DNA of 23,643 bases from Candidatus Caldarchaeum sp. (lineage in GTDB: Archaea; Thermoproteota; Nitrososphaeria_A; Caldarchaeales; Caldarchaeaceae). The translations under genes and the position numbers were made by a program. The notes under the pieces were generated by a model. The model was not told the DNA's origin, ran no database searches, and saw only the letters and a list, made by a program, of their open reading frames with translations. The number at the start of each line of letters is the position of its first letter. Position 1 is the first letter of the stretch. Location of the stretch: contig JAVZZH010000007.1 in assembly GCA_038885755.1 (NCBI GenBank), positions 1 through 23,643 on the forward strand, written 5' to 3'. Below are positions 1-8,713 of this stretch, in pieces.

Positions 1-319
1 CCTCCCAGCGGAGGAGCCGCTTGTTGCCGAAGACCGGCACGTAGAACTTTCTCTCGATAAGGTCGTAGCCCACGTAGACTGCGAAGCTCCTGTTGGGGAC
101 GAAGACCGAGTCAAGGCTTCTCAGCCATTCCTGCACCTTTTCGGAAGCTATTTCGACGTAGTCGTCCAGGACAAGCAGGTCGTCGACGACTGGAAACTCC
201 CTGTAGGCTGTTTCACGTCCCTTCTTGGCTAGGGCCGCTGTCTTAAAACCCTCGTCTCTGGCTCCGTCCAGAACGTCGAGGGCGCTATGGCTGGCGAGCA
301 CCGCAACGTACCTTACCAC
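1..319 (-). CDS. purP: PurP-family FAICAR synthetase (formate--AICAR ligase, ATP-grasp), 5' part; runs off the window
   Basis: Not in the ORF track. Manual translation from GTG 319: MVRYVAVLASHSALDVLDGARDEGFKT...FVPNRSFAVYVGYDLIERKFYVPVFGNKRLLRWE, matching the PurP N-terminal motifs (SHSAL..GAxDEGF, PNRSF, FGNxxLLRWE). Could be a PurP paralogue. Confidence 0.85.
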   Translation of the reverse strand, partial: MVRYVAVLASHSALDVLDGARDEGFKTAALAKKGRETAYREFPVVDDLLVLDDYVEIASEKVQEWLRSLDSVFVPNRSFAVYVGYDLIERKFYVPVFGNKRLLRWE

Positions 320-353
320 GTCCTCGAACCCCTACTTCAGCAATAAAAACATG

Positions 354-1037
354 CTAGCCGAGGCTCTCCAGCTTCTGCTTGACTTCCCTCAGAAACTCCG
401 CCGCAGGAGCTCCGTCCACCACCCTGTGGTCGAAGACCAGCGTCAGATGGCCTTTATAATACGTGCCTTCGCTTCTCACAGCTCCGACGCCTAGGATGCA
501 TGCGTCGGGTGGGTTGATTATCGGTGTGAAGTAAAGCACGTCGAGGTGGCCGAGGTTCGAGACGGTGAAGCTGTGGCCCGTAAGCTCGTTCATCGTTATC
601 GAGCCCTCGACCGCCCTCGCCGACAGACGACGCAGCTCATCCTCAACCTCGAACAAAGTCCTTTTTTCAACGTTCCTTATGGTGGGAGCGTAGAGCCCTC
701 GAGGGGTCTCGACGGCCACGGCTATGTTCACCTCATCCACTTCAGTGACTTGGTCGCCTTCCACGACGGAGTTTATGGCCGGGTGCTTGGGAAGTATGTC
801 GCCGACAGCCTTGACGATTATCGCGGTGATGCTGGGGCTCTCCTTTCCACGTGTCTGTTTGTAGTTGTTGTACAGGGCTATGAGCCTCGAGGCGTCGTAG
901 TCGGTCATCAACGCAACCGGTAGGGAGTTTCGGAGGCTGTAGCCCAGCCTGTCGGCAATAGCTTTCCTCACTCCAGTGATTCTGTAAGACCTGCCCATCT
1001 CGGCTAAACTAGGCATCCACGCTATTAAGGCGTTCAT
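354..1037 (-). CDS. 2-oxoacid dehydrogenase E2 acyltransferase, catalytic domain only (no lipoyl or peripheral-subunit-binding domain)
   Basis: Motifs VNIAVAVETPRGLYAP, FTVSNLG, FTPIINPP and catalytic DHRVVDG. The true start may be ATG 1016 or 998 (TTAATA box ~25 nt upstream of 998). Confidence 0.88.
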   Translation of the reverse strand: MNALIAWMPSLAEMGRSYRITGVRKAIADRLGYSLRNSLPVALMTDYDASRLIALYNNYKQTRGKESPSITAIIVKAVGDILPKHPAINSVVEGDQVTEVDEVNIAVAVETPRGLYAPTIRNVEKRTLFEVEDELRRLSARAVEGSITMNELTGHSFTVSNLGHLDVLYFTPIINPPDACILGVGAVRSEGTYYKGHLTLVFDHRVVDGAPAAEFLREVKQKLESLG

Positions 1038-1074
1038 GCGTACTGCTTAAATTCAAGCATGAAGCTTTTTAGCC

Positions 1075-1182
1075 ATGTGCCACTGCACGTCCGACGCAGA
1101 ATACGAGATGTGGCTGAAGAAGATGAGGGAGGCGTCAAAGAAGCAGGCTGAGCAGAAGGCCGTCATCACCGTCTCCGCATAG
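1075..1182 (+). CDS. Candidate 35-aa small protein MCHCTSDAEYEMWLKKMREASKKQAEQKAVITVSA
   Basis: Fills an otherwise empty gap. TTAAAT at 1047-1052 lies at leaderless spacing, codons look host-like, and it has a short convergent overlap with rnhA. Confidence 0.4.
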   Translation: MCHCTSDAEYEMWLKKMREASKKQAEQKAVITVSA

Positions 1183-1585
1183 CACGGTCTATAGCCTCGT
1201 TCGCCAGCCTGTCGGCCTCGGCGTTCTCCCTCCTACCCACATATTTTATCTCGAACATCTCCAGCCTTGAGGTTAGGTCGACAACCTTCGCGTGTAGAGG
1301 CTTGAGCACGGGACTCCTAACCTTATACTCTTCGTTAACCTGTTTGGCCAAGAGCTGGCTGTCTGTAAACACTTCCAGCCGTCTCACGCCTCGGGTGAGA
1401 GCTATCTCCAGCGCCTTGATCAAGGCATGGTACTCGGCTTGGTTGTTCGTCATACGGCCGAGATACTCGCCATACTTCTCGACCCTGCCGCCGGCCTCGA
1501 AAACCACGCCCAACCCGGCGGGCCCTGGGTTTCCTCTAGCCGCACCGTCCACATGTGCTCTGGCGAAATCCTCCAACCTAGGCAC
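1166..1585 (-). CDS. rnhA: Ribonuclease HI family protein
   Basis: DGAARGNPG, TNNQAEY, DSQL and NAEADRLAN motifs carry the D/E/D/D catalytic set of type 1 RNase H. Confidence 0.9.
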   Translation of the reverse strand: MPRLEDFARAHVDGAARGNPGPAGLGVVFEAGGRVEKYGEYLGRMTNNQAEYHALIKALEIALTRGVRRLEVFTDSQLLAKQVNEEYKVRSPVLKPLHAKVVDLTSRLEMFEIKYVGRRENAEADRLANEAIDRAMRRR

Positions 1586-2081
1586 TCTGAGCCAGCTGAT
1601 GCTCTACTATGTAGTATTTCTTGGGGAGCTTCTTGCCAGCCAGCTCCAGAGCCTCACGGGCCGCCGCCAAGCCTTCGCCGTAAACAAGCAGCCTGAGAAC
1701 AGGTTCTCCAGCCTCGACCCTAGCGGCCCTCCCTATCGGCTTACCGAAAGCCCGCCGCATTCCTTCCTGAAGCCTGTCGGCGTGAGCTCCGAAGATCATC
1801 TTGTTCTCACGCAGCACGTGGTGGGGGTGAGCCTTGACCTCAAGGTAAAACTTGTCGTTGAGCTTCTCGGTCAAGACCTTGTTGACGGCTATCCTAGCCG
1901 ACTCGATGGCCACGTCTCTTATCTGCAGGTCTGTCTCGGGAACTAGGAGAAGCTCGTGGGTGTAGTCGTTTCGGTAAACGCCTGCGGTGTACTTTGTTAT
2001 CTTGGACGGCGGAGGGCCGTGGATGTACTCGTTCCTAGCGTATGTCATGCCCTCGGGCCTCCTGTAGTTCCTAGCCTTCAT
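1578..2081 (-). CDS. rpl10e: 50S ribosomal protein L10e (uL16)
   Basis: QIRDVAIESARIA, HPHHVLRENKM, GADRLQEGMRRAFGKPIGRAARV-like motif, KKLP. Confidence 0.96.
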   Translation of the reverse strand: MKARNYRRPEGMTYARNEYIHGPPPSKITKYTAGVYRNDYTHELLLVPETDLQIRDVAIESARIAVNKVLTEKLNDKFYLEVKAHPHHVLRENKMIFGAHADRLQEGMRRAFGKPIGRAARVEAGEPVLRLLVYGEGLAAAREALELAGKKLPKKYYIVEHQLAQSA

Positions 2082-2106
2082 ACCGCTGCAGCCTGCGTCG
2101 ATGCTA

Positions 2107-2114
2107 TTTATAAA
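2107..2114 (-). promoter_or_regulatory. TATA box (TTTATAAA) for rpl10e-rnhA, overlapping the mscS stop codon
   Basis: Lies ~26 nt upstream of ATG 2081, the typical archaeal leaderless spacing. Confidence 0.55.
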
Positions 2115-3007
2115 CTGTTCTGGATGCTCGAAGCCCTCATAGCGCGGTGAACCTCGATGACGGCTGTCAAAATCCTAGACTTCACATCCCTCCATGTGTC
2201 AGGCGGAGCGTCGAAGACGACGGCCACTATGTAGTGGGTTTTGTCGCTCTGTTCCTCGAGGTAGACTTCCTTCACCTCTCGGAACGCGGCCAGCTGGCTC
2301 CTAACCTTGGCGACAACCTCCGCCGGGCTGAAGTCCAGCGGAAACTCGTACCGAAGCTTCCGCACTCTCTCGCTAACCTCGGAGTAGTTGGCGATCGCTG
2401 AGTTGGCTAGGATCAAGTTGTTGGGTATCTTGACAACCAGCCCGTCGTCTGTCACCAGAGTCGTGTACATGAGGCTCATGTTCTCGACAACGCCTGTATA
2501 GGCTGGGACGACGTAGTCTCTGGAGAAGAACTTGTAGCCGGGGAGGAAGGCCCACTGGTAGGGGATGGAGCTGGTGATGACGCCCACTCGGTCTCCTATC
2601 TTGAAAGGCCTCGACACGAGAATGATTATTCCAGCGATTATGTTGGACAGAGTTGTCTGGCCTGCAAGGCCTATGACGAGCCCTGTCAAAGTGCCTCCCG
2701 CCAGCGCTGTCTCAGGCGGCACTCCGAGGGAGCCCAGCACGAAGGCGGCTACCGCGATGTATCCCAGCAGCTGGATCGTCAGCGAGACTCCTATGGCCTG
2801 CTGTCCAACGAGAGGCTTGAAAGTTCTCACTGTGTAGGAGCTTATCAACCTGACGATGGAAACTCCGGCGAAGACAACGATCAATACGTAGACCATGCGT
2901 TCAGCGTTGGCAGGCAGCAAACCCAGTTGCGAGAAGGCGTAGACCGTCAGGTAGAGGCCTACGGCGAGGGCCACGACCGTGAATATGTGAAGCCTTATCC
3001 TCTGCAT
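2108..3007 (-). CDS. mscS: Small-conductance mechanosensitive channel (MscS family)
   Basis: N-terminal TM helices, then GLVIGLAGQTTLSNIIAGIIILVSRPFKIGDRV and T..DG..VKIPNN. Confidence 0.9.
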   Translation of the reverse strand: MQRIRLHIFTVVALAVGLYLTVYAFSQLGLLPANAERMVYVLIVVFAGVSIVRLISSYTVRTFKPLVGQQAIGVSLTIQLLGYIAVAAFVLGSLGVPPETALAGGTLTGLVIGLAGQTTLSNIIAGIIILVSRPFKIGDRVGVITSSIPYQWAFLPGYKFFSRDYVVPAYTGVVENMSLMYTTLVTDDGLVVKIPNNLILANSAIANYSEVSERVRKLRYEFPLDFSPAEVVAKVRSQLAAFREVKEVYLEEQSDKTHYIVAVVFDAPPDTWRDVKSRILTAVIEVHRAMRASSIQNSL

Positions 3008-3077
3008 GATGCTTATATGTGTTGCGCGGGATTCTTTTTAAGCTGCCTATCACAATCCTATGCTGCCGTAGGCTGAG

Positions 3078-3695
3078 ATGTTGTGGACGTCGTTAAAGAA
3101 TTTTAGGAAAAGGCTGGGCCTCGTGCTGTCTTATTCGGGTAAGAGCGGGGCTGTTAGGAGGTATTTCTTCAGCAACTCTTTCGACGGAATTCTGGCTATG
3201 GTAGGCCTCACGCTGGGTGCTTCGCTGGCCCCTTCGACGCAGGCTACGACCGTCGTGTTCGCAGGCCTTGGAATGTCGGTTGCCATGCTGGTTTCAGGCG
3301 TTTCAGGCATCTACTTGACCGAGAGCGCCGAGACGAAGCGGCTTATCAAGGATCTTCAAGCCTCGTTGCTGAGGGATGTCAGCGACACGGTTATCGGCAG
3401 AGCTGGAACCGTTGGAACAGTTGTCGCATCGCTGGTAGGAGGACTCTCAACCTTCATACTATCCCTCACAGTCCTCTCACCCTACATAGCCAGCATCTAC
3501 TACGGAGACCTCAGGCCCATCGCCCCACACATCTCAACCCTGATAGGTCTTGGACTGCTCTTCACGCTGGGGTTGATGATGGGCAGGTTTTCGAAGACAG
3601 ACGTACTCAAGTCGGGGATAAGGATGGTAAGCATCGGCTTTGCGGCGGTCCTGTTCATACTCTTGATAGAGCTGTTCGCGGGACTAGCCGGTTAG
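3078..3695 (+). CDS. VIT1/CCC1-family (DUF125) membrane protein, putative metal transporter
   Basis: NSFDGIL in TM1, SG..GIYLTESAE after TM2, about five hydrophobic segments. Confidence 0.75.
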   Translation: MLWTSLKNFRKRLGLVLSYSGKSGAVRRYFFSNSFDGILAMVGLTLGASLAPSTQATTVVFAGLGMSVAMLVSGVSGIYLTESAETKRLIKDLQASLLRDVSDTVIGRAGTVGTVVASLVGGLSTFILSLTVLSPYIASIYYGDLRPIAPHISTLIGLGLLFTLGLMMGRFSKTDVLKSGIRMVSIGFAAVLFILLIELFAGLAG

Positions 3696-4721
3696 AAACT
3701 TCTCCAGCTCGTCAGGCTTGAAAACACCTCTTTCAGTTATCACGGCCGTGACGAGCTCGGGCGGCGTGATGTCGAAGGCGTAGTTCAGAGCTTTAACCCC
3801 TACGGGAGTAATCCTTGTTCTTCCCACGTAGTGTACCTCGTCCTCGGACCGTTCCTCGATGACTACCTCGTCGACAGACTTGTATAGGTCGACCGTTGAG
3901 AGGGGTGCCGCGACGTAGAACGGTATGTTGAAGTGTTTGGCGTTTACGGCGGCTGAGAGGGTGCCTATCTTGTTTATCACATGGCCGGTTTTAGCCAGAA
4001 CTCTGTCTGCGCCTACCACCACGCAGTCAATCATCTTCTTCGACATCAAGAACGCGACAGCCGTGTCGGGGACTACCACGACTGGAATGCCCAACATCTT
4101 CAGCTCGAAGGCAGTCAGCTTCGCTCCCTGAAGCCGTGGCCTCGTCTCGCTGGCGTAAACCATCACCTTCTTGCCCTGCTCAAAAGCAGACCTAACAACG
4201 CCCAAAGCAGTACCGTAGCCGGCGGTCGCGAGAGCACCAGCATTACAATGAGTCAGGACTCTCGCACCGTCTTCAATCAAGTCTGAACCATACCTGCCTA
4301 TTCTTTTGTTCATCTGGACGTCTTCGTCGAGTATTCTCTTGGCTTCCCGCAATAGCTCGTCGGTGATTGTATCGGGATTGCCGCCGCTGGTTTGTGCCTT
4401 GACCATCATCCGGTCTAGGGCCCAGAACAGGTTGACGGCTGTCGGCCGTGTTGACGCAAGAAGCTGTCGTGCTTTTTCAAGGTCCTTCAACAAAGCATCA
4501 CGTGTCCTGGCCTGCGACCTCAGAGCCGCCACCGCCATCCCAAAAGCCGCGGCAACGCCGATGGCTGGAGCGCCTCTCACGGTCATGTTTTTAATCGATT
4601 CAGCGACTTGGCTGACGGTTCTGCAGCGCACGAACCTTACACGGTTGGGTAAAACACGTTGGTCAAGCAGAACAACTTCACGACGTCTGTCGTCCCATCG
4701 AACAGTCTCCACGTCCAGCAA
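3684..4721 (-). CDS. mtnA: Methylthioribose-1-phosphate isomerase (eIF2B-related family)
   Basis: LLDQRVLP, MTVRGAPAIG, TRPTAVNLFWAL, THCNAGALATAGYGTALG, ETRPRLQG, NKIGT, FDITP. Start moved from 4883 to TTG 4721 (or 4727), given the TTAAATA box at 4754-4748 and where family similarity begins. Confidence 0.92.
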   Translation of the reverse strand: MLDVETVRWDDRRREVVLLDQRVLPNRVRFVRCRTVSQVAESIKNMTVRGAPAIGVAAAFGMAVAALRSQARTRDALLKDLEKARQLLASTRPTAVNLFWALDRMMVKAQTSGGNPDTITDELLREAKRILDEDVQMNKRIGRYGSDLIEDGARVLTHCNAGALATAGYGTALGVVRSAFEQGKKVMVYASETRPRLQGAKLTAFELKMLGIPVVVVPDTAVAFLMSKKMIDCVVVGADRVLAKTGHVINKIGTLSAAVNAKHFNIPFYVAAPLSTVDLYKSVDEVVIEERSEDEVHYVGRTRITPVGVKALNYAFDITPPELVTAVITERGVFKPDELEKFLTG

Positions 4722-4777
4722 ATTCAACGCCACAAACACCACGACAATATTTAAGCTATTAGAGATGAGGGCCGAGT

Positions 4778-5086
4778 ATGAGGTTGGAAGCAGCTGTTTT
4801 GAGGCTGGTTCGGCGGGCGAGCCACAGCCGTGGAACTCCGTCGAACCCTTCCTAACCACCGCATGGCGGTCGTCGACCGGCATGACAAACTCTCGACGGG
4901 CTTCATGAACCTCAGGCTGCTGGTGGATGTGAAAACCAAGTGAATTTTTATTCCCACTCGAGGCCGTGTTTGACGGGAAATCGGCGACGGCTACGCCGCA
5001 ATAGGCGTTAAAAACTTCGCATCATCCGACCGAAGGACGGGAAAGAGGAGCTTGGATGCAGCATGTTCTTTAAATGGCTTTTTTAA
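4778..5086 (+). pseudogene. Collapsed relic of an FAD-dependent oxidoreductase (sulfide:quinone oxidoreductase/FCSD-like)
   Basis: Frameshifted pieces MRLEAAVL / FGGRATAVELRRTLPNHRMAVVDRHDKLSTGFMNLRLLV resemble a Rossmann GxGxxG start. They are followed by EAVFDGK / EIGDGYAAIGVKNF / GKEELGCSMFFKWLF*, resembling the C-terminus of this family. TTTAAG at 4750-4755 lies upstream. Confidence 0.55.
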
Positions 5087-5117
5087 CGGGTGGAATGTGG
5101 TTTGTGGACCGTTATCA

Positions 5118-5128
5118 TTTAAATTATA
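5118..5128 (+). promoter_or_regulatory. TATA box (TTTAAATTATA) for cdc48
   Basis: Ends ~23 nt upstream of ATG 5151. Confidence 0.55.
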
Positions 5129-5150
5129 CGTCTGAATGTTTTTCCTCTAG

Positions 5151-7331
5151 ATGAGTGTTAAAGAGCTGCGGCTTCGGGTTGCAGAAGCAAAGCAGCGCGA
5201 TGTCGGCTACGGCATCGCTCGTATAGACCGCAACGTGGGAGCTGAGTCAGGGCTTTCCACAGGCGATATTATCGAGATAAGAGGGAAGAAGCTTACCGCG
5301 GCGACGGTCTGGCTCGGATACGTCGAAGATGAAAGAGAGAAGGATACTATTCGTATAGACGGCCACATAAGGAACAACGCCGGGGTGTCGCTCAACGACT
5401 ACGTGATAGTTCGGAAGGCGAACGTCAAGGAGGCGCAGGTCGTAGTGCTAGCTCCCTACAACACATCCATCAAGGCCGACGAAAACTTCACCAAGCTGGT
5501 GAAGAGCCGGCTTATAGAGTATCCAGTCGTCCACCGCAACATCATCCCCGTCCTCTTCTTCGGAAACCTCTTCACGTTCGTAGTCGTGCAGCTCAGGCCT
5601 TCGGGAATAGCGAAGATCACCCCGAAGACAAAGCTCATAATTCAGAGCAGAGCGATGCAGGAGAAGGCTCTGAGGACGAGCATCACTTACGAAGACATAG
5701 GCGGGCTGCAGGAGCAGATCCAGAGGGTGAGGGAGATGATCGAGCTGCCGCTGCGTTTCCCCGAGCTTTTCCAGAAGCTTGGCATAGACCCGCCGAAAGG
5801 CGTTCTCCTCTACGGTCCTCCGGGCTGCGGCAAAACCCTGCTGGCCAAGGCTGTGGCAACGGAGGCCGAGGCCAACTTCATACTCATCAACGGCCCAGAG
5901 ATAATGAACAAATACTACGGAGAGACCGAGGCCCGGCTCAGAGACATCTTCAGGAAAGCTGAGGAGGAGGCTCCCAGCATAATATTCATCGACGAAATAG
6001 ACGCAATAGCTCCGAAGCGCAGCGAGGTGACTGGAGAGGTTGAGAAACGAGTCGTCGCCCAGCTGCTCGCCTTGATGGACGGGCTGGAGGGAAGAGGGTC
6101 GGTAATAGTCATAGGAGCCACCAACAGACCCAACGCGCTCGACCCGGCTCTTAGGAGGCCTGGAAGGTTCGACAGAGAGATAGAGATAGGCATACCCGAC
6201 AAGAAAGGCCGTGTGGAGATTCTTACGATTCACACCCGCGGAATGCCCCTAGCCAAGGACATATCAGTCGAGAAGCTCGGCGAGATGACCCGTGGATACA
6301 CGGGCGCAGACCTAGCCGCCCTCTGCCGTGAAGCAGCCATGAAAGCCATCAGGCGGATCCTTCCAAGCATAGACTTCTCGGGTGAGAGAATATCTCCCGA
6401 GATACTCAGCAACCTAGAGGTGACGATGAAGGACTTCATAGACGCCTACAAGGAGATCACGCCCAGTGCTTTGAGGGAGGTTGAGGTGGAGACTCCGACG
6501 GTCAGGTGGGAGGACATAGGTGGTTTGGAGACGGTGAAGCAGAAGCTCATCGAGATGATTGAATGGCCGTTGAAGTATCCGGAGAAGTTTGAGAAGCTCG
6601 GCATCAAGCCTCCCCGCGGAGTTCTTCTCTACGGTCCTCCGGGCTGCGGCAAAACCCTGCTGGCCAAAGCCATCGCCACAGAGAGCGAGGCTAACTTCAT
6701 AACGGTCAAGGGGCCTGAAATATTCTCCAAATGGGTGGGCGAGTCTGAGAAGGCGATTAGGGAGATCTTCAGGAAGGCTAGGCAGGCTGCTCCGGCGGTG
6801 GTTTTCTTTGACGAGATAGAGGCGATAGCTCCCCGGAAGGACGTGATGGAGGATAGCTCCGGCGTGGCCAACAGAGTAGCGAGCCAGCTTTTGGCCGAGA
6901 TCGACGGCATCGAGGAGCTTAACGACATAGTCGTGATAGGCGCCACTAACAGACCAGACCTGCTCGACCCAGCCCTGCTGAGGCCGGGCAGGTTTGACAG
7001 GCTGCTGCTCATCCCGCCGCCCGACGAGAAGGCGAGGGCCGAGATATTCTACATCTACACGAGGAAGATGCCTCTAGCCGACGACGTCAACATCGAGATG
7101 CTGGCCAGCCGGTGCGAAGGCTTCTCCGGAGCCGATATCGAGTCCCTCTGCAGGGAAGCCGCCCTAGCAGCTCTGCGGCGCGACAAGGATACTGAAAAGG
7201 TTTACAGAAGGGATTTTGAGGAAGCGCTGCTCTCCGTCAAGCCGAGCATCTCACCGCAGATGATGAGAGAGTATGAGAGGATCGGCGACATCCTTAGGTC
7301 CTCTGAGAAACCCTTGATGATGATTGGATGA
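5151..7331 (+). CDS. cdc48: Cdc48/VCP (VAT) AAA+ ATPase
   Basis: N-domain ([12 protein letters not shown]) plus two AAA modules with GPPGCGKT Walker [17 protein letters not shown] Walker B and ALxRPGRFDR second region of homology. Confidence 0.97.
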   Translation: MSVKELRLRVAEAKQRDVGYGIARIDRNVGAESGLSTGDIIEIRGKKLTAATVWLGYVEDEREKDTIRIDGHIRNNAGVSLNDYVIVRKANVKEAQVVVLAPYNTSIKADENFTKLVKSRLIEYPVVHRNIIPVLFFGNLFTFVVVQLRPSGIAKITPKTKLIIQSRAMQEKALRTSITYEDIGGLQEQIQRVREMIELPLRFPELFQKLGIDPPKGVLLYGPPGCGKTLLAKAVATEAEANFILINGPEIMNKYYGETEARLRDIFRKAEEEAPSIIFIDEIDAIAPKRSEVTGEVEKRVVAQLLALMDGLEGRGSVIVIGATNRPNALDPALRRPGRFDREIEIGIPDKKGRVEILTIHTRGMPLAKDISVEKLGEMTRGYTGADLAALCREAAMKAIRRILPSIDFSGERISPEILSNLEVTMKDFIDAYKEITPSALREVEVETPTVRWEDIGGLETVKQKLIEMIEWPLKYPEKFEKLGIKPPRGVLLYGPPGCGKTLLAKAIATESEANFITVKGPEIFSKWVGESEKAIREIFRKARQAAPAVVFFDEIEAIAPRKDVMEDSSGVANRVASQLLAEIDGIEELNDIVVIGATNRPDLLDPALLRPGRFDRLLLIPPPDEKARAEIFYIYTRKMPLADDVNIEMLASRCEGFSGADIESLCREAALAALRRDKDTEKVYRRDFEEALLSVKPSISPQMMREYERIGDILRSSEKPLMMIG
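5808..6667 (+). repeat. 41-bp perfect direct repeat (5808-5848 and 6627-6667) encoding the D1 and D2 Walker A regions of Cdc48
   Basis: ctctacggtcctccgggctgcggcaaaaccctgctggccaa is read at both positions. Confidence 0.9.
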
Positions 7332-7552
7332 AGCGATTGATAAGCCATGCGAGGATTTTAGAGGTTCTGAGAAAAGCCGGTGGGAAGGCGATGCTGCAGA
7401 GCCTTTACGACGACTTGAAGAGGCAGGAGCCGAAGACGTCTCTTCAGGAGGTTCTGCAGGCTTTGATGAAGCTCGAGATCCACGGCAAGGTGCGGGTTTC
7501 CAGCCTCGACGAGGAGAGGAAGGTCGTCGAGCTTGTCGAGAACGTCAGCTGA
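7328..7552 (+). CDS. Small hypothetical protein, probable winged-helix fold, translationally coupled to cdc48
   Basis: ATGA overlap with the cdc48 stop. Helix-helix-helix plus beta-wing pattern (ALMKLEIHGKVRV). Confidence 0.75.
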   Translation: MKRLISHARILEVLRKAGGKAMLQSLYDDLKRQEPKTSLQEVLQALMKLEIHGKVRVSSLDEERKVVELVENVS

Positions 7553-8576
7553 AAAACTCGTCTAAGCTGGTCGACTTCTTGGCTTTTGATTGTCTAAGCT
7601 CCTCCAGAGCCTTTCTCACCCTTTCCTTCGAAAAATCAAACTCATCGACTAGAAGGCTTATCACACCGTCCTCGGAGATTTCACGGAACTCGATCCTGTA
7701 ATCCTCCGTGACCGAGGGTTGTTGGAAAAGCTTTTTTACAGCAGCGTGGTCAAAGTCAACCATCACAGCGCCAGCCTCCAAAGCTTTCTCGAGGGAGCCG
7801 TGCTCCTTGATGATTTTAAGGGCTGTTTTAGGGCCGACTCCTTTGACCGGAGGCGAGTAGTCTGTGCCGACTAGAAGCCCGATGTCGATGAGCTGGTCTC
7901 TGCTGATGCCGAGGCTGGTGAGAAGCTTGTCCAGATGGATTATCTCGGGCTCGACCTCGACGTACTCGTTTCTTCGGGGTAGCTTTCTTCGCCCAACGAC
8001 CGACAGGTTTCTCACCAGCCTCGGAGAGCCGAACAGCAGCGAGTCCATGTCCTGGGAGCCTGAGGCGTAGACAACCCCCTTGGCAGCCATGAAAGCTGCC
8101 TGAGCCTCGCCCTCCGCCGGAGCCATGACGTAGGGAACCCCCATAGCTCTCAGTAGGTCCACCGCGCTTTCAACCATGTATCTCTCGAGGCTGGCCGCCC
8201 GCTGAGCATAGCGCCTAGCCGCCTCCATGTCGCCCGCTTCCAAAGCCTCCTCGTAGAGCTGTCCAGCTGTCCTCCTAGCCTCAGCTCTCTTCTCGACGGT
8301 CATCCTCTTCATCTCCGGCGGCCTTCCGTCGAAGACGTAGACAGGCTTGACGTTTTCCTGCAAAAAGTTCAACGTCCTGAAGAACAAGCCGCTGAGGTGG
8401 CTTGTCACTCTTCCACGCCTGTCCATCAACGCCCTGCCGTCCGGTCCTCGGATGGTTGCGATGAACTGGTAGAGGATGTTGTAGGCGTCGAGAGCTATCG
8501 TTTTACCGGACAGCCCCTTCAGCGAAGTCTTCTCGACCGCCGCATCGGGGATGATGTCTCCCAGCCTAACACCCAT
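7545..8576 (-). CDS. fen: Flap endonuclease 1
   Basis: MGV start, DAYNILYQF, SHLSGLFFR, VFDG.PP, EGEAQAA, SQDMDSLLFG, GTDY, GVGPKTA, C-terminal PIP-like SLDEFF. Confidence 0.97.
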   Translation of the reverse strand: MGVRLGDIIPDAAVEKTSLKGLSGKTIALDAYNILYQFIATIRGPDGRALMDRRGRVTSHLSGLFFRTLNFLQENVKPVYVFDGRPPEMKRMTVEKRAEARRTAGQLYEEALEAGDMEAARRYAQRAASLERYMVESAVDLLRAMGVPYVMAPAEGEAQAAFMAAKGVVYASGSQDMDSLLFGSPRLVRNLSVVGRRKLPRRNEYVEVEPEIIHLDKLLTSLGISRDQLIDIGLLVGTDYSPPVKGVGPKTALKIIKEHGSLEKALEAGAVMVDFDHAAVKKLFQQPSVTEDYRIEFREISEDGVISLLVDEFDFSKERVRKALEELRQSKAKKSTSLDEFFS

Positions 8577-8602
8577 CCCTCGTATCTGTCGTCATAGACT
8601 GC

Positions 8603-8608
8603 TTTAAA
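8603..8608 (-). promoter_or_regulatory. TATA box (TTTAAA) for fen
   Basis: ~27 nt upstream of ATG 8576. Confidence 0.55.
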
Positions 8609-8713
8609 CTATAAGTCGTCCATGACGGAGACCTATCACTCCCGCGACACAGCCACTCCAGCCCTTGACTGAAGAGTCCTGCCTCTAGCCTGCGACATCC
8701 CGCCCGCTCGATG

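Noticed and set aside
4722-4883. N-terminal extension of mtnA in the ORF track (399 aa)
   Set aside because: No family resemblance. It runs across the TATA box and is antisense to the flavoprotein relic.
7324-7701. 125-aa alternative ORF after cdc48
   Set aside because: Overlaps fen by ~150 nt. The 7328-7552 frame has the ATGA coupling and a more protein-like sequence.
8620-8700. Possible C/D-box sRNA between fen and rps17e (ATGACGG...CTGA)
   Set aside because: The C box is poor, there is no clear C'/D' pair and no verifiable guide target. The ~100 bp remains unexplained.
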